A stretch of DNA of 64,000 nucleotides, taken from the NCBI GenBank assembly GCA_016721565.1, contig JADKHW010000003.1, forward strand, positions 64,315 to 128,314, written 5' to 3'. Position numbers and translations under genes: made by a program. Shown here piece by piece: positions 21,921 through 33,415 of the stretch. Numbering within the stretch: position 1 is the stretch's first letter; the number at the start of each line of letters is the position of its first letter. Origin of the DNA: a bacterium. GTDB taxonomy: Bacteria > Electryoneota > RPQS01. Under the pieces are notes generated by a model. It did no database searches. It was not told the DNA's origin and saw only the letters and a program-made list of their open reading frames with translations.

Positions 21921-24017
21921 TTATCCTCCGGCGAGGAGACCAAGTTTGGGTAGATGAGTTTCGCGGAATTTTTCGCGTAACAGAGGATAGTCTTTCAACT
22001 CGGGGTCCTGTACGACCATTGAGAAGGCTCGTTCACGGGCGAAATTCAGGAGCGGCTCATCGCGCTCGGGAATGTAGTGACGATGCTCGGCTTCACCGGA
22101 TTGACGAGTGCCAAATAGTTCACCGGCGCCGCGCAATTTGAAATCGAGTTCGGCAATCTCGAAGCCGTCGTCTGTAGATTGGATCGCTTCGAGACGAGCT
22201 TTGGCTTCTTCGGTCAACTTAGGACCGGGAAGCAAAATGAAAACGGACTTTTGTCCTTTGCGTCCGATGCGACCTCGTAATTGATGAAGCGCCGCAAGAC
22301 CTAAACGCTCGGGGTTTTCGATCACCATGACGGATGCATCTGGAACATCAACACCGACTTCAACCACTGGTGTAGCTATGAGAATCGGAGTGACGCCATC
22401 GCGAAAAGCTTTGACGGCGGCCTCCTTTTCGTCGGAATCCATGCGGCCGTGAAGCAAGCCCACTTTGACGGATTTTAATGCGCCGGTTGATACTCTTTTG
22501 TGATAATCGACTGCGGCTTCAACTTGGATTTTATCGGACTCTTCGACGAGCGGGCAGACGATGAAAACGCGTTGATTCAGTTTGGCTTGATCGAGCAGGA
22601 ACTTGTAAACTCGCTCGCGATCTGGGCCGTATCGAACGGCGGTCGTAACATCGCGTGGACCACCGGGGAGTTCGCGCAAAGTGGAAACATCGAGATCACC
22701 AAGTTCAGATAATCGTAACGTGCGCGGAATCGGCGTCGCTGTCATTACAAGTAGATTGGGGCGTCTGCCTTTGCTTGAAAGCTGTGCGCGTTGCTCAACT
22801 CCGAAGCGGTGCTGCTCGTCAATGATCAATAATCCAAGGCGCGGAAAAGTCAACTTCTCGTTTAGGAGAGCGTGCGTGCCGACAAGAATGTCAACGGCTC
22901 CTGCGGCGACGGCGGAAAATATCTCGCGCTTTTGTGGCACCGTTAGTTTCCCGCGCAGAATGCGAATCGAAAGTCCCGCGGCTTGCGCGGGTGGCGCGAT
23001 ACTCCGCGCATGTTGCTGCGCAAGGATCTCGGTCGGCGCCATGAACGCGGTTTGAAATCCGGCATCAGCGGACATTGCAGCCGCAAGCAACGCAACGGTA
23101 GTTTTGCCTGCGCCGACTTCGCCGTGAAGCAAACGCTGCATCGGCATCGGGCTGGTGAGATCTTGACGAATTTCCGTCAAGACTTCCTTCTGTCCGTTGG
23201 TCAATGGGAACGGCAGTGCATCGAGCACTTTGCGCGTGATGGGGCCAATGTTGTCAAAGGGGCCAACTCCGGGCAACACTTTGTTGTAGTGTTTGCGGAG
23301 CGCAAAGAGCAGTTGATGAAACAATAATTCTTCAAAGCGCACGCGCCGCCACGCTTTTGCGAGCATGTCGGGCGAATCGGGGAAATGAATTTGAAAGAGC
23401 GCTTCGGGAAGCGGCAGCGCATCGGCCACAGCTAGATCATCTGCCGGAAGATACTCGTGCAACTCCGTGCGAACAAGCCCGAGCGCTTCCTGCTGAATGC
23501 GGCGCATGTTACGCGACTCGAGACCGACTTTGCGCAAATCAAGCGACATCGGATAGAGAGCAACGATTTTACCGGTGTTGAACATGCGGCTCTCGTCGCC
23601 ATCTTCACCCAAACGATCTACGGCAGGGTGTGTAAAGACGCGGGAGTCTTCATCTGTCAATTTTCCGCTTACGGCGACAAGCTCATCGACGACGAGCTGT
23701 TTTTGCCAGTATTGCGCGCCTTGAAACCAGACGCATTTCAATGTTCCTGACAGGTCGTTGATCATCGCGGTCAACATGACTTTGCCGGTGCGCGTGCGGC
23801 GCGTGTCAACTGAAACAACTTTGCCGACTACCGTGACTTCGTACTCGGTCGGGACAAGCTCTCGAATCGTCAGTTGTCGAGAGCGATCAAGGTAGCGGCG
23901 CGGATAGAAGCGAATCAGATCATCAAGCGTGCTGACTCCGATCTTCTCAAGAGCTTTGGTGCGAAACTCGCCGACTTGGCGAAGTATCGTTACGGGTTCC
24001 TTGAGGAGATCGGGCAC
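21921..24017 (-). CDS. recG: ATP-dependent DNA helicase RecG
   Basis: 698 aa. Wedge domain, Walker A GEVGAGKTTVA, DEQHRFG motif. Confidence 0.9.
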   Translation of the reverse strand: MPDLLKEPVTILRQVGEFRTKALEKIGVSTLDDLIRFYPRRYLDRSRQLTIRELVPTEYEVTVVGKVVSVDTRRTRTGKVMLTAMINDLSGTLKCVWFQGAQYWQKQLVVDELVAVSGKLTDEDSRVFTHPAVDRLGEDGDESRMFNTGKIVALYPMSLDLRKVGLESRNMRRIQQEALGLVRTELHEYLPADDLAVADALPLPEALFQIHFPDSPDMLAKAWRRVRFEELLFHQLLFALRKHYNKVLPGVGPFDNIGPITRKVLDALPFPLTNGQKEVLTEIRQDLTSPMPMQRLLHGEVGAGKTTVALLAAAMSADAGFQTAFMAPTEILAQQHARSIAPPAQAAGLSIRILRGKLTVPQKREIFSAVAAGAVDILVGTHALLNEKLTFPRLGLLIIDEQHRFGVEQRAQLSSKGRRPNLLVMTATPIPRTLRLSELGDLDVSTLRELPGGPRDVTTAVRYGPDRERVYKFLLDQAKLNQRVFIVCPLVEESDKIQVEAAVDYHKRVSTGALKSVKVGLLHGRMDSDEKEAAVKAFRDGVTPILIATPVVEVGVDVPDASVMVIENPERLGLAALHQLRGRIGRKGQKSVFILLPGPKLTEEAKARLEAIQSTDDGFEIAELDFKLRGAGELFGTRQSGEAEHRHYIPERDEPLLNFARERAFSMVVQDPELKDYPLLREKFRETHLPKLGLLAGG

Positions 24018-24025
24018 AACGGAGA

Positions 24026-25378
24026 TTACTTATTGCGAATCGTGTACGTCAACACTACTTCTTTGTCAGGAGCGGCGGCGACATCAAACTCGAATTGGTT
24101 TGCATTGACTTTGCGCAACGGCAAGCTCGATTTAGTTACAGTCCAATCGCCCCAAGAATGCTCGACAACAACTACAGTTACCGCTTCGTCCTTGCGGTTG
24201 CGAAGCTTGACCTCAATGTCTTGCTCGTAAACGCGGTCACTAATTTGGCGGTAATCTTTTTGCGCGCGCTCGACGGCGATGTCGAAAGCGTTGCCAATCG
24301 TCACGCGGACTTTTTCGTCACGCGGTGTGTGATCAAGATTGTCTTCACCGATAAACTCCTGCGAGCCATCAGTATCTTTTTGGAAGACGCGCACGCGACC
24401 GGCAGGAAGCGGAATGCCGAGTTGATTGTCTTTGGAATTCAAGAACTCAAGCGAGACGCTGACTTTGTCGTTGTTGCGGCTGTAGTCGTATTCGTAGATG
24501 CGCTTGGTTTGAACGGTGGCATTCGGGAACAGGCTAACTTGCTTAGTTTGATTGTCAAGCAAATCTGTCTGACGCTCCAGCGTGTACAGGTGATACTCGA
24601 AGAAGGACTTCTCGGAGAATTGCGAACCGCCATCCATTGCCATAGTTTCAACGCGCATCATATCATTGTATTTGGGCATCGGCGGTTGTGCGCGATGAAC
24701 CTCTCCGGCGATGAGTTTCAGCTTGGCATCCATATATGACGCACCGGACATGTTGTTCAGCGTGACCCAAGCGGACAAATCGGCTTTGTTGCTCTCGTCA
24801 ATGACCGCAACGTAATCAGCATTCCAGTTCATTCCGCCTGTCAGATAGGACACCTCGGCCTCTTGATTACCGCCATTTGGTGCATTGACCAGCCAACGAA
24901 GCGTCGGACGAGTTATCAAGCCAGAGGGAAGTTTCGGATAGCGGACCTCCTGAATGGATTCCATCAGCAACGAGCGCAGCGAACCGTCGTTTGTTTGTAA
25001 GACGATCGTGCTACCGGACGAGGTCAAGAGTTTACCGGTAACGACGTCGCCTTTTTCGTTGACGACTTCGATGGTTTCATCTACGTACTTTTCGAGCAGC
25101 TTTTCAGGCGAAACGAGATCGAAATCGAAGTTTTGCTCAAGCAGCGTTACGCCGTTGGATTTGAAATGCACGGAAGATTGATCGATGCGTGCGGCAACGT
25201 CACGGAATAGTAATTCGCTGTTGCCCTTTTGGAAGCCCATCTCGCGTACGTCACGCACGAGGGCAAGGTCTTGGTTATAGACAGTGACGGATACACCGGG
25301 CTTGGCGAAAGCGGGAAGGCTAACAGCGAGCAGTGCGAGGAGTAATGAAAGTTTGCTTGTCATAGATTTCCTTTTCAC
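24026..25378 (-). CDS. Secreted DUF4139/DUF4140-family protein (MuiA-like)
   Basis: 450 aa. Signal peptide MKRKSMTSKLSLLLALLAVSLPAFA. Beta-rich composition; family assigned from overall resemblance only. Confidence 0.5.
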   Translation of the reverse strand: MKRKSMTSKLSLLLALLAVSLPAFAKPGVSVTVYNQDLALVRDVREMGFQKGNSELLFRDVAARIDQSSVHFKSNGVTLLEQNFDFDLVSPEKLLEKYVDETIEVVNEKGDVVTGKLLTSSGSTIVLQTNDGSLRSLLMESIQEVRYPKLPSGLITRPTLRWLVNAPNGGNQEAEVSYLTGGMNWNADYVAVIDESNKADLSAWVTLNNMSGASYMDAKLKLIAGEVHRAQPPMPKYNDMMRVETMAMDGGSQFSEKSFFEYHLYTLERQTDLLDNQTKQVSLFPNATVQTKRIYEYDYSRNNDKVSVSLEFLNSKDNQLGIPLPAGRVRVFQKDTDGSQEFIGEDNLDHTPRDEKVRVTIGNAFDIAVERAQKDYRQISDRVYEQDIEVKLRNRKDEAVTVVVVEHSWGDWTVTKSSLPLRKVNANQFEFDVAAAPDKEVVLTYTIRNK

Positions 25379-25387
25379 AGATATACA

Positions 25388-28081
25388 TTACTTTGCGGCA
25401 TCAAGTTCGTCCAAGAAACGGCGGATCTTATCGTGCGCGTGTTCGAGTTCAGATAGTTTCTCGCGCTCGGTTTCAACGACTTCAGGTTTGGCGCGTTCCA
25501 CGAAACTCGGGTTTGACAGCTTGACTTTGGTGCCTTCAACCAGTTTTAGCAAACGCTCGTCTTCCTTAGTCAAGCGGGCACGTTCGGCATTTACGTCGAT
25601 CAGGCCTTGTAGCGGAACATAAACTTCAATGCCTTGAACAATAGCAGATGCGCTGCCTTTGGGGCGATGCTGATCCATTTCAAACTCGGACAGACCTGCC
25701 AGTCGAATCACAAAGTCTGCAAACGGCTCCCATTCTTTGGCGAGTTTGACATGGTCACCGCGCACACCTGCGGGAATGCGGGTCGTGTGCGGAATGCGAA
25801 GCTCGCCGCGAATATTGCGAATGGCGTTAACGACATCCTGCAATCTGCTGAACTGCGCCTCGACCTTTTCTTCGACAAGCGAAGCTTGATAGGTCGGGAA
25901 GTTCGCTTGCATGATGCTCGTAAAGCGAAGATTCGCAGGCCAGCTCGACGCGGAAAGCTTGCTAAGTGTTTGGTAAATTTCTTCCGTGACAAACGGCATA
26001 ATCGGGTGCAGCATGCGAACGATGCCGTGCAAAATCCCGAAGGCGTGCTTTAAGGCTTCGTGGCGTTCGTTTAGCGTGCCTTGCAAGCGAACTTTGATCA
26101 GCTCGAGATACCAATCGCAGAAGTCATTCCAAACAAATCCGTACATACGTTTGGCGGCATCTGCAAAGCGAAACTCGGTGAGCGCACGATCAACATCGCG
26201 AACGCACGAGAAAAAGGCCGACGTAATCCACTGGTCAATGAGATTCACAGGGGCGCTGGGAAGAATCTCAACGGGGTCAAATGCGAACGATTCTCCTTCT
26301 TCGGGCACATTCATCAACAAGAACCGCGTAGCATTCCAGAGTTTGTTTGCGAAGTTGCGGCCATGTTCGCACATGTCGCTACCGAAACGTACATCGCCAC
26401 CGCGCGGTGTCTGCGAAATCATCGTAAAACGCAACGCATCAGCGCCGTAGGATTCAATAACCTCAATCGGATCGGGTGAGTTGCCGAGCGACTTGGACAT
26501 CTTGCGGCCCTGCATATCCCGAACCAGACCTGTGAAGTACACATCTTGATAGGGCGACACTCCGAAGACTTCTTCCGAAGCAATGATCATGCGCGCGACC
26601 CACAAGAAAATAATATCAGGCGCGGTCACAAGAGTAGTGCTGGGGAAAAAGTGCGCGAGGTCTTCCGTCTTTTCTGGCCAACCGAGAGTCGAAAACGGCC
26701 AGAGCCATGACGAGAACCATGTGTCAACGACATCGGGATCCTGATCGAGAGTCAAGCCTTTATACTTCGGGTCGTTTGTTGGGTCATCGAGTGAGCAGAT
26801 GATCTCGCCGGTTTCTTTGACTGTCCAAAGGGGAATGCGGTGCCCCCACCAGATTTGACGTGAGATGCACCAGTCCCGAACATTTTCGAGCCAATGAAAA
26901 TAAGTCTTCTCCCAATGCTCGGGATGAAATCTGACGCGGCCTTCGCGGACTGCGGCAATGGCAGGTTGCGCAAGTTCCTGCATGCGCACAAACCATTGCT
27001 CGGACAAGAGCGGCTCTATGACTGTACCTGTGCGCTCATTGTGACCAACAGAGGTGGTGTACGGCTCGATTTTTTCGAGAAAGTCTTGCTCTTCGAGCGC
27101 TGCGACGACGCGCTTGCGCGCCTCTTTGCGATCAAGGCCACGGAACTGTTCAGGAACCAAATCCGTCATGCGTCCATCTGGGCCGATGACTATCAGGAAA
27201 TCGAGATTGTGTCGATTGCCGATTTCGAAATCGTTAGGGTCGTGTGCGGGAGTGACTTTGACACAGCCTGTGCCGAATTCGCGGTCCACGTAATCATCGG
27301 GAACAATGCGAATTTTGCGGCCGGTGAGCGGTAAGTCAATCGTCTTACCGTGAAGATGCGAATAGCGTTCATCTTCGGGATGCACTGCAACGGCGGTGTC
27401 GCCAAGCATCGTTTCGGGACGAGTCGTAGCAACAACGAGATGACCGCTGCCGTCGGAAAGCGGATACTTGAAGTGCCAAAGGTTTGAATTGACATTGCGG
27501 TATTCAACTTGCTCGTCCGATAGCGCGGTGCGCTTTTCGGGATCCCAATTGACAATTCGCTTGCCGCGATAGACCAGTCCCTTTTTGTAAAGGCGCACAA
27601 AAATCTCTGCGACCGCGCGCGACATTTCAGGATCAAGCGTGAAGCGCGTGCGCGACCAATCACAGCTTGCACCGATGCGGCGGAGTTGCTGCAAAATTAT
27701 TCCGCCGTAGTTTTCGCGCCACTCCCAAATTCTCTCCACGAGTTTTTCACGGCCTAAATCGTGACGAGTTAAGCCCTCTTTGGCAAGCTGGTCTTCAACT
27801 TTGATTTGAGTTGCAATGCCTGCGTGATCTGTGCCGGGAAGCCAGAGCACGTCATCGCCATTCATCCTGCGCCAGCGCGCAAGCAAGTCTTGCAAAGAAT
27901 TATTCAAGACATGGCCCAAGGTCAGCATACCCGTGACGTTGGGCGGCGGCATCATGATGACGTACGGCTTATGATCTTTGCGAATTTGCGCACGAAAACA
28001 GCCATTCTTTTCCCACATCTCATAGAGTCGGGATTCAACGGCTGTGGGCGAATATGCTTTATCGAGTTCTATTTTAGGCAT
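25388..28081 (-). CDS. valS: Valyl-tRNA synthetase
   Basis: 897 aa. PPPNVTGMLTLGHVLNNSLQD (HIGH region), KMSKSLGN, C-terminal coiled coil. Confidence 0.95.
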   Translation of the reverse strand: MPKIELDKAYSPTAVESRLYEMWEKNGCFRAQIRKDHKPYVIMMPPPNVTGMLTLGHVLNNSLQDLLARWRRMNGDDVLWLPGTDHAGIATQIKVEDQLAKEGLTRHDLGREKLVERIWEWRENYGGIILQQLRRIGASCDWSRTRFTLDPEMSRAVAEIFVRLYKKGLVYRGKRIVNWDPEKRTALSDEQVEYRNVNSNLWHFKYPLSDGSGHLVVATTRPETMLGDTAVAVHPEDERYSHLHGKTIDLPLTGRKIRIVPDDYVDREFGTGCVKVTPAHDPNDFEIGNRHNLDFLIVIGPDGRMTDLVPEQFRGLDRKEARKRVVAALEEQDFLEKIEPYTTSVGHNERTGTVIEPLLSEQWFVRMQELAQPAIAAVREGRVRFHPEHWEKTYFHWLENVRDWCISRQIWWGHRIPLWTVKETGEIICSLDDPTNDPKYKGLTLDQDPDVVDTWFSSWLWPFSTLGWPEKTEDLAHFFPSTTLVTAPDIIFLWVARMIIASEEVFGVSPYQDVYFTGLVRDMQGRKMSKSLGNSPDPIEVIESYGADALRFTMISQTPRGGDVRFGSDMCEHGRNFANKLWNATRFLLMNVPEEGESFAFDPVEILPSAPVNLIDQWITSAFFSCVRDVDRALTEFRFADAAKRMYGFVWNDFCDWYLELIKVRLQGTLNERHEALKHAFGILHGIVRMLHPIMPFVTEEIYQTLSKLSASSWPANLRFTSIMQANFPTYQASLVEEKVEAQFSRLQDVVNAIRNIRGELRIPHTTRIPAGVRGDHVKLAKEWEPFADFVIRLAGLSEFEMDQHRPKGSASAIVQGIEVYVPLQGLIDVNAERARLTKEDERLLKLVEGTKVKLSNPSFVERAKPEVVETEREKLSELEHAHDKIRRFLDELDAAK

Positions 28082-28136
28082 GACAACTGAAACTTCAAAA
28101 TTGATAATCGAAAACTGAAAACGGGTTTCAGCTAAT

Positions 28137-28826
28137 CTATCGAGAATAGTATGCCGAACGAGCTGGTCTTAAACCGGCGATGAAACCAAATACCACTCCG
28201 GCAATGAAGCCGCCGATGTGGGCAAGCCATGCGACTCCGCCGCCCTCTCTACTCATGTCACCGAAGAAACCTGAGATTTGCATGACGAACCAGACACCGA
28301 GCATAAGAATGGCTGGAACACGAATGAAACGAACAAAGAAAACAATCCAGAATAGCACGACGACGCGCGCTTTAGGGTAGGCGAGCATGTACGCACCGAG
28401 GACAGCGCTGATGGCGCCGGATGCTCCGACCATCGGAATTTGCGAAGAAGGGTCGAAGAAAACGTGACTGAGTGCCGCGACCAATCCGCCGATGATGTAG
28501 AAGAACAGAAACTGAATGTGACCTAAGCGATCTTCTATATTATTGCCGAAGATCCAGAGGTAGAGCATGTTACCGCCTAAGTGCATCAAGCCGCCGTGCA
28601 TGAACATCGATGTAAAGAGCGTCAGCCATGCTACCGGAACAGTCGGGAGCAAGTCCCAACTCATAGTGATGTCGCGCGGAATTGCGCCCCATGCGAAGAC
28701 AAATTGCTGCTGCGCTTCTGGCGGTTGCAGCATTTGCATGACGAACACGAGCACATTGATTGCAATCAATGCAATCGTGATCACGGGCGTTGTACGGGTG
28801 GGATTCTCGTCGCGAATCGGGATCAT
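28137..28826 (-). CDS. Rhomboid-family intramembrane serine protease
   Basis: 229 aa, 6 TM. HLGGNMLYLWIFG, catalytic GASGAISAVLGAY and a downstream AHIGGF His. Confidence 0.85.
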   Translation of the reverse strand: MIPIRDENPTRTTPVITIALIAINVLVFVMQMLQPPEAQQQFVFAWGAIPRDITMSWDLLPTVPVAWLTLFTSMFMHGGLMHLGGNMLYLWIFGNNIEDRLGHIQFLFFYIIGGLVAALSHVFFDPSSQIPMVGASGAISAVLGAYMLAYPKARVVVLFWIVFFVRFIRVPAILMLGVWFVMQISGFFGDMSREGGGVAWLAHIGGFIAGVVFGFIAGLRPARSAYYSR

Positions 28827-30356
28827 GGGATCGTGACCGTGGTATCCCAGGTTTTCAACATGCCTGCGCGGTTGGCGGCCTCGAACTCAACGCGATGCTT
28901 GCCAGAGGAAAGCTTGGATTGAGTCCAAATTGTTCCGCCGTCTTCCTCGTACTCGTACTCGGGAATACCGACTTCGCCGTCTATTATGCAGCGCACGCGG
29001 CTGTCATCGATTGATGACTCAGGGTCAACCAATGCGAACGAAACTTTGCCGCTCACGCCTGAAAGTGTGAGTTTGGGCGGTGTATCGTCCCTTGCAATTC
29101 CGTAGGTTCCACCCCGTAGAATAAAGCAAGACATTTTGGTCGAATCTGCGGACGGAATACGCCAAAGTGGCGTGCGGCCCGTGGCACCTGATCGCTTGTA
29201 GAAATACTTGCCAGGCTCGAAACTCTCGCTTGCAGTCAAAACCTGCTTGGCCGGGAAAGCGAAATTCTCGTCGTTGATTCGGCACTCGTTTCCAAAGGGA
29301 AAAAGTTCAGCCCAACTTAAGCGAAACTTCATCGCCGGTCAGCGCGTAGCCGTTTAGATTCGCACGACATCTCTTTGCGCATGCGCTCTTTGGGAGTCCG
29401 GCTTCCACGGGAATACGAACCGACTCGGAGTTTCCGTTTCGGTCTTCTACTTCGATACGAACGACGCCGACGAAATCCTCAATCCATCCCAACGGGAGAT
29501 CGTCATCCACTGCAAGATTGCGGTCAGGCCATTCAAACAGGCGGCGCACATCGCGGTCGTTGTTCTTGAACTCAGGATAGACGAGCTTTTCATAGATGTT
29601 GGACGGGCCAAGCAGATCAATCTCGGAACACTGGTCTTCAAAGATCAGGCGTTCATTCTCGTAAACGCGCACGGCAAACGGAACGGCGTTGCGTCCCCAT
29701 GGGCCGGGATCGAACGTGCGAACCATAAAGGCAATAGGTTCGAGCGACTTTACGCGCGGGGAGGCGCTGAGGACGAGATCATTGCCGATTGCTGTCGGAA
29801 TGTAATCCGAGAGCTTGATCCAACGCACACCAACAATGACGGGCTTGTCAAAATCTTTCGGTTTATAGAAAGCGAGCGGATCATGTTGAACAGCCCCTGT
29901 GCGAACCTCGAAATGCAAATGCGCAGGACCTCGACCGCTGGAACCCGTAAAGCAAATCGTCTCACCAGCTTTGTAGCGCGGAGCATCAGTGCTGTCAAAG
30001 GTAAAATCAACACGATATGTGCCTATCACAAGTTGACTGTCACGCACCGTCTCTTGCAGAGCGGGTTCGTAGCGACTAAGGTGGCCAAAGGTGGCTGTGT
30101 TGCCGTCACTCATGCGAAAGTAAAGCGTGCGGCCGTATCCGGGAGGATTGATGCCAATGCGTTCAATCCAGCCATCTGTAGGAGCAATTACTCTTAGCGG
30201 AGTGCGTGCGCGCAGGTCCACTCCACCGTGGAAGTGATCCATGCGGCTGTCGGCATGCCCACCGGTGAGTGTGCGCGAATCGGGCAACGGCCAAAGGTAT
30301 TCGACGGCCAATACTCGTGCAGCGCAAATGAGCAGAAAGATTAGTACTCGCGCCAC
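28823..30356 (-). CDS. M23 metallopeptidase with a C-terminal beta domain; apparent frameshift near 29310..29330 joins 29307..30356 and 28823..29332
   Basis: FHGGVDLRART...GSSGRGPAHLHFE in the 349-aa piece. The 169-aa piece overlaps its end by 26 nt in another frame and has no upstream regulatory space of its own. Confidence 0.7.
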
Positions 30357-31555
30357 CGCAAAGCCGCACTAAAGAGCAAACCGACCATTGCGAGCGTAAC
30401 CAACATCGAACTGCCGCCGTAGCTTACCAAAGGCAGAGGCAAGCCTGTTACTGGAAGCAAGCCGACGGTCATTAAGAGATTGGTGAAAGTCTGGAAAATA
30501 ATCGTTCCGACGACGCCTATTGCGACGAGCGAATAGAACGGGGAGTGGCACTTTGAGGCGATGCTCACTCCGCGATAGTAGAAAATAAAGAACGCAATCA
30601 CCACGACCATCGCACCGATAAAGCCCCATTCTTCCGCGAAGGCCGAGAAGATGAAGTCGTTATGACCCTCGGGGAGAAATTGCAATTGCGTTTGCGTGCC
30701 ATTCAAAAACCCCTTGCCCATCACACTGCCTGAACCGACGGCAATCTTGGATTGGATCAATTGGTAAGCGGCACCGAGCGGATCTGACTCGGGATCTAAG
30801 AATGTGGTTATACGGCGCTGCTGATGCGGCTCAAGTTTGCTCCAGAGTTTCGGAGTCAGCGTGCCGAAGAAAAGATATAATCCTGTCAGAGCGGCAACCC
30901 ACGGCAGTCGGCGAACGGAAAAGTAAGCGATGGCCGTGAAGATCACTAAGAACAAGATGTGGAGCGGCATGCTCCAGACAGTCAAGACAGCGGCTACAGG
31001 CATAACCATCAAGAGCAAGTATTGCGGTGCGACGCCGATCCATGCCGTCATTACAAAGAGCATCACGGGATAAATCAGCGCGGTGCCTAAGTCCGGTTGA
31101 ACCAGAATCAGTCCCATCGGAACGATTGTGATGCCACAAGCAGTTACAAATAGCCAGAGCTTGTCGAGATCTTTTTGGTTCTCGGCGAGCAATCTCGCAA
31201 GTGCTAACAGTGTTGCGATTTTGGCAAACTCGGAGGGTTGAATCTGCAAACCACCGAACTCGAACCAACTGGTTGCACCTTTGTGCGTCGCTCCGACTGC
31301 TAAGACGAGAACAAGCGTGACGAGCGATATGCCATAGAAGATGTAGGCCAGCATCTCAAAGATGCGCAACGGCAACGAAAGGATGCCGAGTGCAATGGCG
31401 GAGCCGAAGCCGATCCAAAAGAACTGACGTTGAAAGTGGAAAAGTCCTGAGCCTTCGGCGTGGCTGGTTGAGAAGTTGGACAACAAACCAACGCCAAGCA
31501 AAACCAGAATAGCCAGAACGAGCCAGAGATCGGCAAACTTACTGCGGCTGATCAT
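30341..31555 (-). CDS. rodA: Peptidoglycan glycosyltransferase RodA (SEDS family)
   Basis: 404 aa, 10 TM. QPDLGTALIY, GGSSMLVTLAMVGLL. Sits directly after mrdA. Confidence 0.85.
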   Translation of the reverse strand: MISRSKFADLWLVLAILVLLGVGLLSNFSTSHAEGSGLFHFQRQFFWIGFGSAIALGILSLPLRIFEMLAYIFYGISLVTLVLVLAVGATHKGATSWFEFGGLQIQPSEFAKIATLLALARLLAENQKDLDKLWLFVTACGITIVPMGLILVQPDLGTALIYPVMLFVMTAWIGVAPQYLLLMVMPVAAVLTVWSMPLHILFLVIFTAIAYFSVRRLPWVAALTGLYLFFGTLTPKLWSKLEPHQQRRITTFLDPESDPLGAAYQLIQSKIAVGSGSVMGKGFLNGTQTQLQFLPEGHNDFIFSAFAEEWGFIGAMVVVIAFFIFYYRGVSIASKCHSPFYSLVAIGVVGTIIFQTFTNLLMTVGLLPVTGLPLPLVSYGGSSMLVTLAMVGLLFSAALRWREY

Positions 31556-33415
31556 TCGACCTCCTCAGAAGGCTCTTCAACGGGCTCCGCTTTCTTGGGT
31601 GGAGTCGGTACGTCCTGATCTTCTTCGGCTACGGCTTTCTTCTCGTATAATTCAGGATAGAGTTCACGGCGAATCAAATAGCGCAAAACTGCGCCGCCAA
31701 CGGGACCACCTGCACCTGAACCGCTCTTTCCAAACTCAATCAGAGCACAGCACGCATACATCGGATTGTCAATCGGGCCATAGCAAATGAACCAACCGTG
31801 GTCATCACCGTGCGAATTTTGCGCCGTGCCCGTCTTACCTGCGATTTTACAGCTGTCATCTTGTTGCCTGCGGGCTGTGCCAGACGAACCCCAGACAACT
31901 TGCTCCATTCCGTGTTGCGCATACTCAATGATGCTAAGCGGAACATCCGATCTGCCGGAATTTCAGGGTCGGCGCGCTTTTTTCAGAGTTCGGGTTCTCG
32001 GGTCGAAAATACCATCGACAAATACGGTTCTTTCCAAACGCCGTCATTGGCGATTGCTGCAGAAAACGCGCAGAGCTGGAGCGGTGTGGCGAGCATTTCG
32101 CCTTGACCGATTGATACTGAAACAAGAAATCCTGTGGACCAACCGTTTTCACCGTAGCGTTTGTCGTAATATTCGCGCGACGGTGCGAGTCCAGCAGCTT
32201 CGCTGGTTTGGTCGATTCCCGAAACGGAACCGAAATGAAAGCGTTTTAGCGCGCGGTTGATTCCGTCAACACCGAGCTGTAAACCAAGCTTGTAGTAGAA
32301 CACGTCGCAACTTTGCGCGAGCGACTGCACAACATCAATATGACCGTGCCCACCTTTCTTCCAACACTTAAACGTGCGGTTGCCGTAAGTGAAACTGCCG
32401 GGACAAGAAACGCTAAAGGATGGAGTGATGACTCCACTGTTTAGACCCTCAATTAACATCGCGGGTTTAATCGTGGAGCCGGGCGGATACATTGTTTGAA
32501 CCGCACGGTTGAGCATCGGCTTGTTCGGATCGTTAAGCAAGGTTCGCCAATCGCTGGACGATATCGAACCAGCGAAGACATCAGGATTGTAGGTCGGTGA
32601 ACTGGCCAACACAACCACACCGCCCGTACGTACGTCCATCGCGACTACGGCCCCAATTTTGTCAACGAGCAACGATTCTGCAAGAATTTGCGCATCGCGG
32701 TCCAACGTCGTCCAAAGCTCTTGGCCGGGAACAGGATCGATACGGCCTAACTCTTGACCTGTGTCAACCTCTTGGCCGTGAACATCAACGACGGAAAGTC
32801 TGCTACCTTTTTCACCGCGAAGGTCTTTGTCATAGAGCCGTTCGAGTCCGCGCTTGCCAACGAGATCACCTGATTCAAGGCCCGGGAACTTAGCGAATTC
32901 TTCATCAGCAATTTCGGCAACGTAGCCGATGGCGTGGGAGCGATACCGCCAGGATAAAATCGCTTCGGCTCAATTTCGAGATAGGAGCCGGGGATCTCAT
33001 CGCGAGTCTCTTCAAAGCGCGCGAGCAGTGTGTATGGCAGGTCGCGACGCAATCGCTGCGGACGAAATGATGTGCGAAACGGCTTTAGAACCTTTTCACG
33101 AATCTCGGCAGGATCACCTGCAAGCGCAAAACCGATTTTCTCGACGGCCAAACTGTCTTTATAAAGATCACGCGGGATACCGTAGCACGTATAGGACGGG
33201 CGATTGCTAACCAAAAGTGCTCCTCGACGGTCACGGATAACGCCGCGGGGTGCGAGCATTTCAACAAAGCGGATACGGTTATCTTCAGACTTCGCTCGAA
33301 ATTCAGGGCCTTGCACAACTTGCAATTGTACGAGTCGATAGATCAAGAGGGCGAAAACGACTATTCCGACTCCGAGAAAACCTGCGTCTCGAAAGTTTTC
33401 GTTGCGTTGGCTCAT
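31552..33415 (-). CDS. mrdA: Penicillin-binding protein 2 (elongasome transpeptidase), split into three ORFs by frameshifts near 32710..32750 and 31910..31985
   Basis: N-terminal TM plus dimerisation domain (32747..33415). Transpeptidase core with STIK and SCD (31983..32705). C-terminal piece with KTGTAQ (31552..31908). All three are in different frames. Confidence 0.8.

Noticed and set aside
31941-31960. Extra copies of the CCGGAATCTG-like motif inside mrdA (31944..31958) and near the xseA start (about 54340)
   Set aside because: They are only partial matches (8 to 12 of 15) inside coding sequence, consistent with chance given the CCGG-rich composition. Only the intergenic exact copies are reported.
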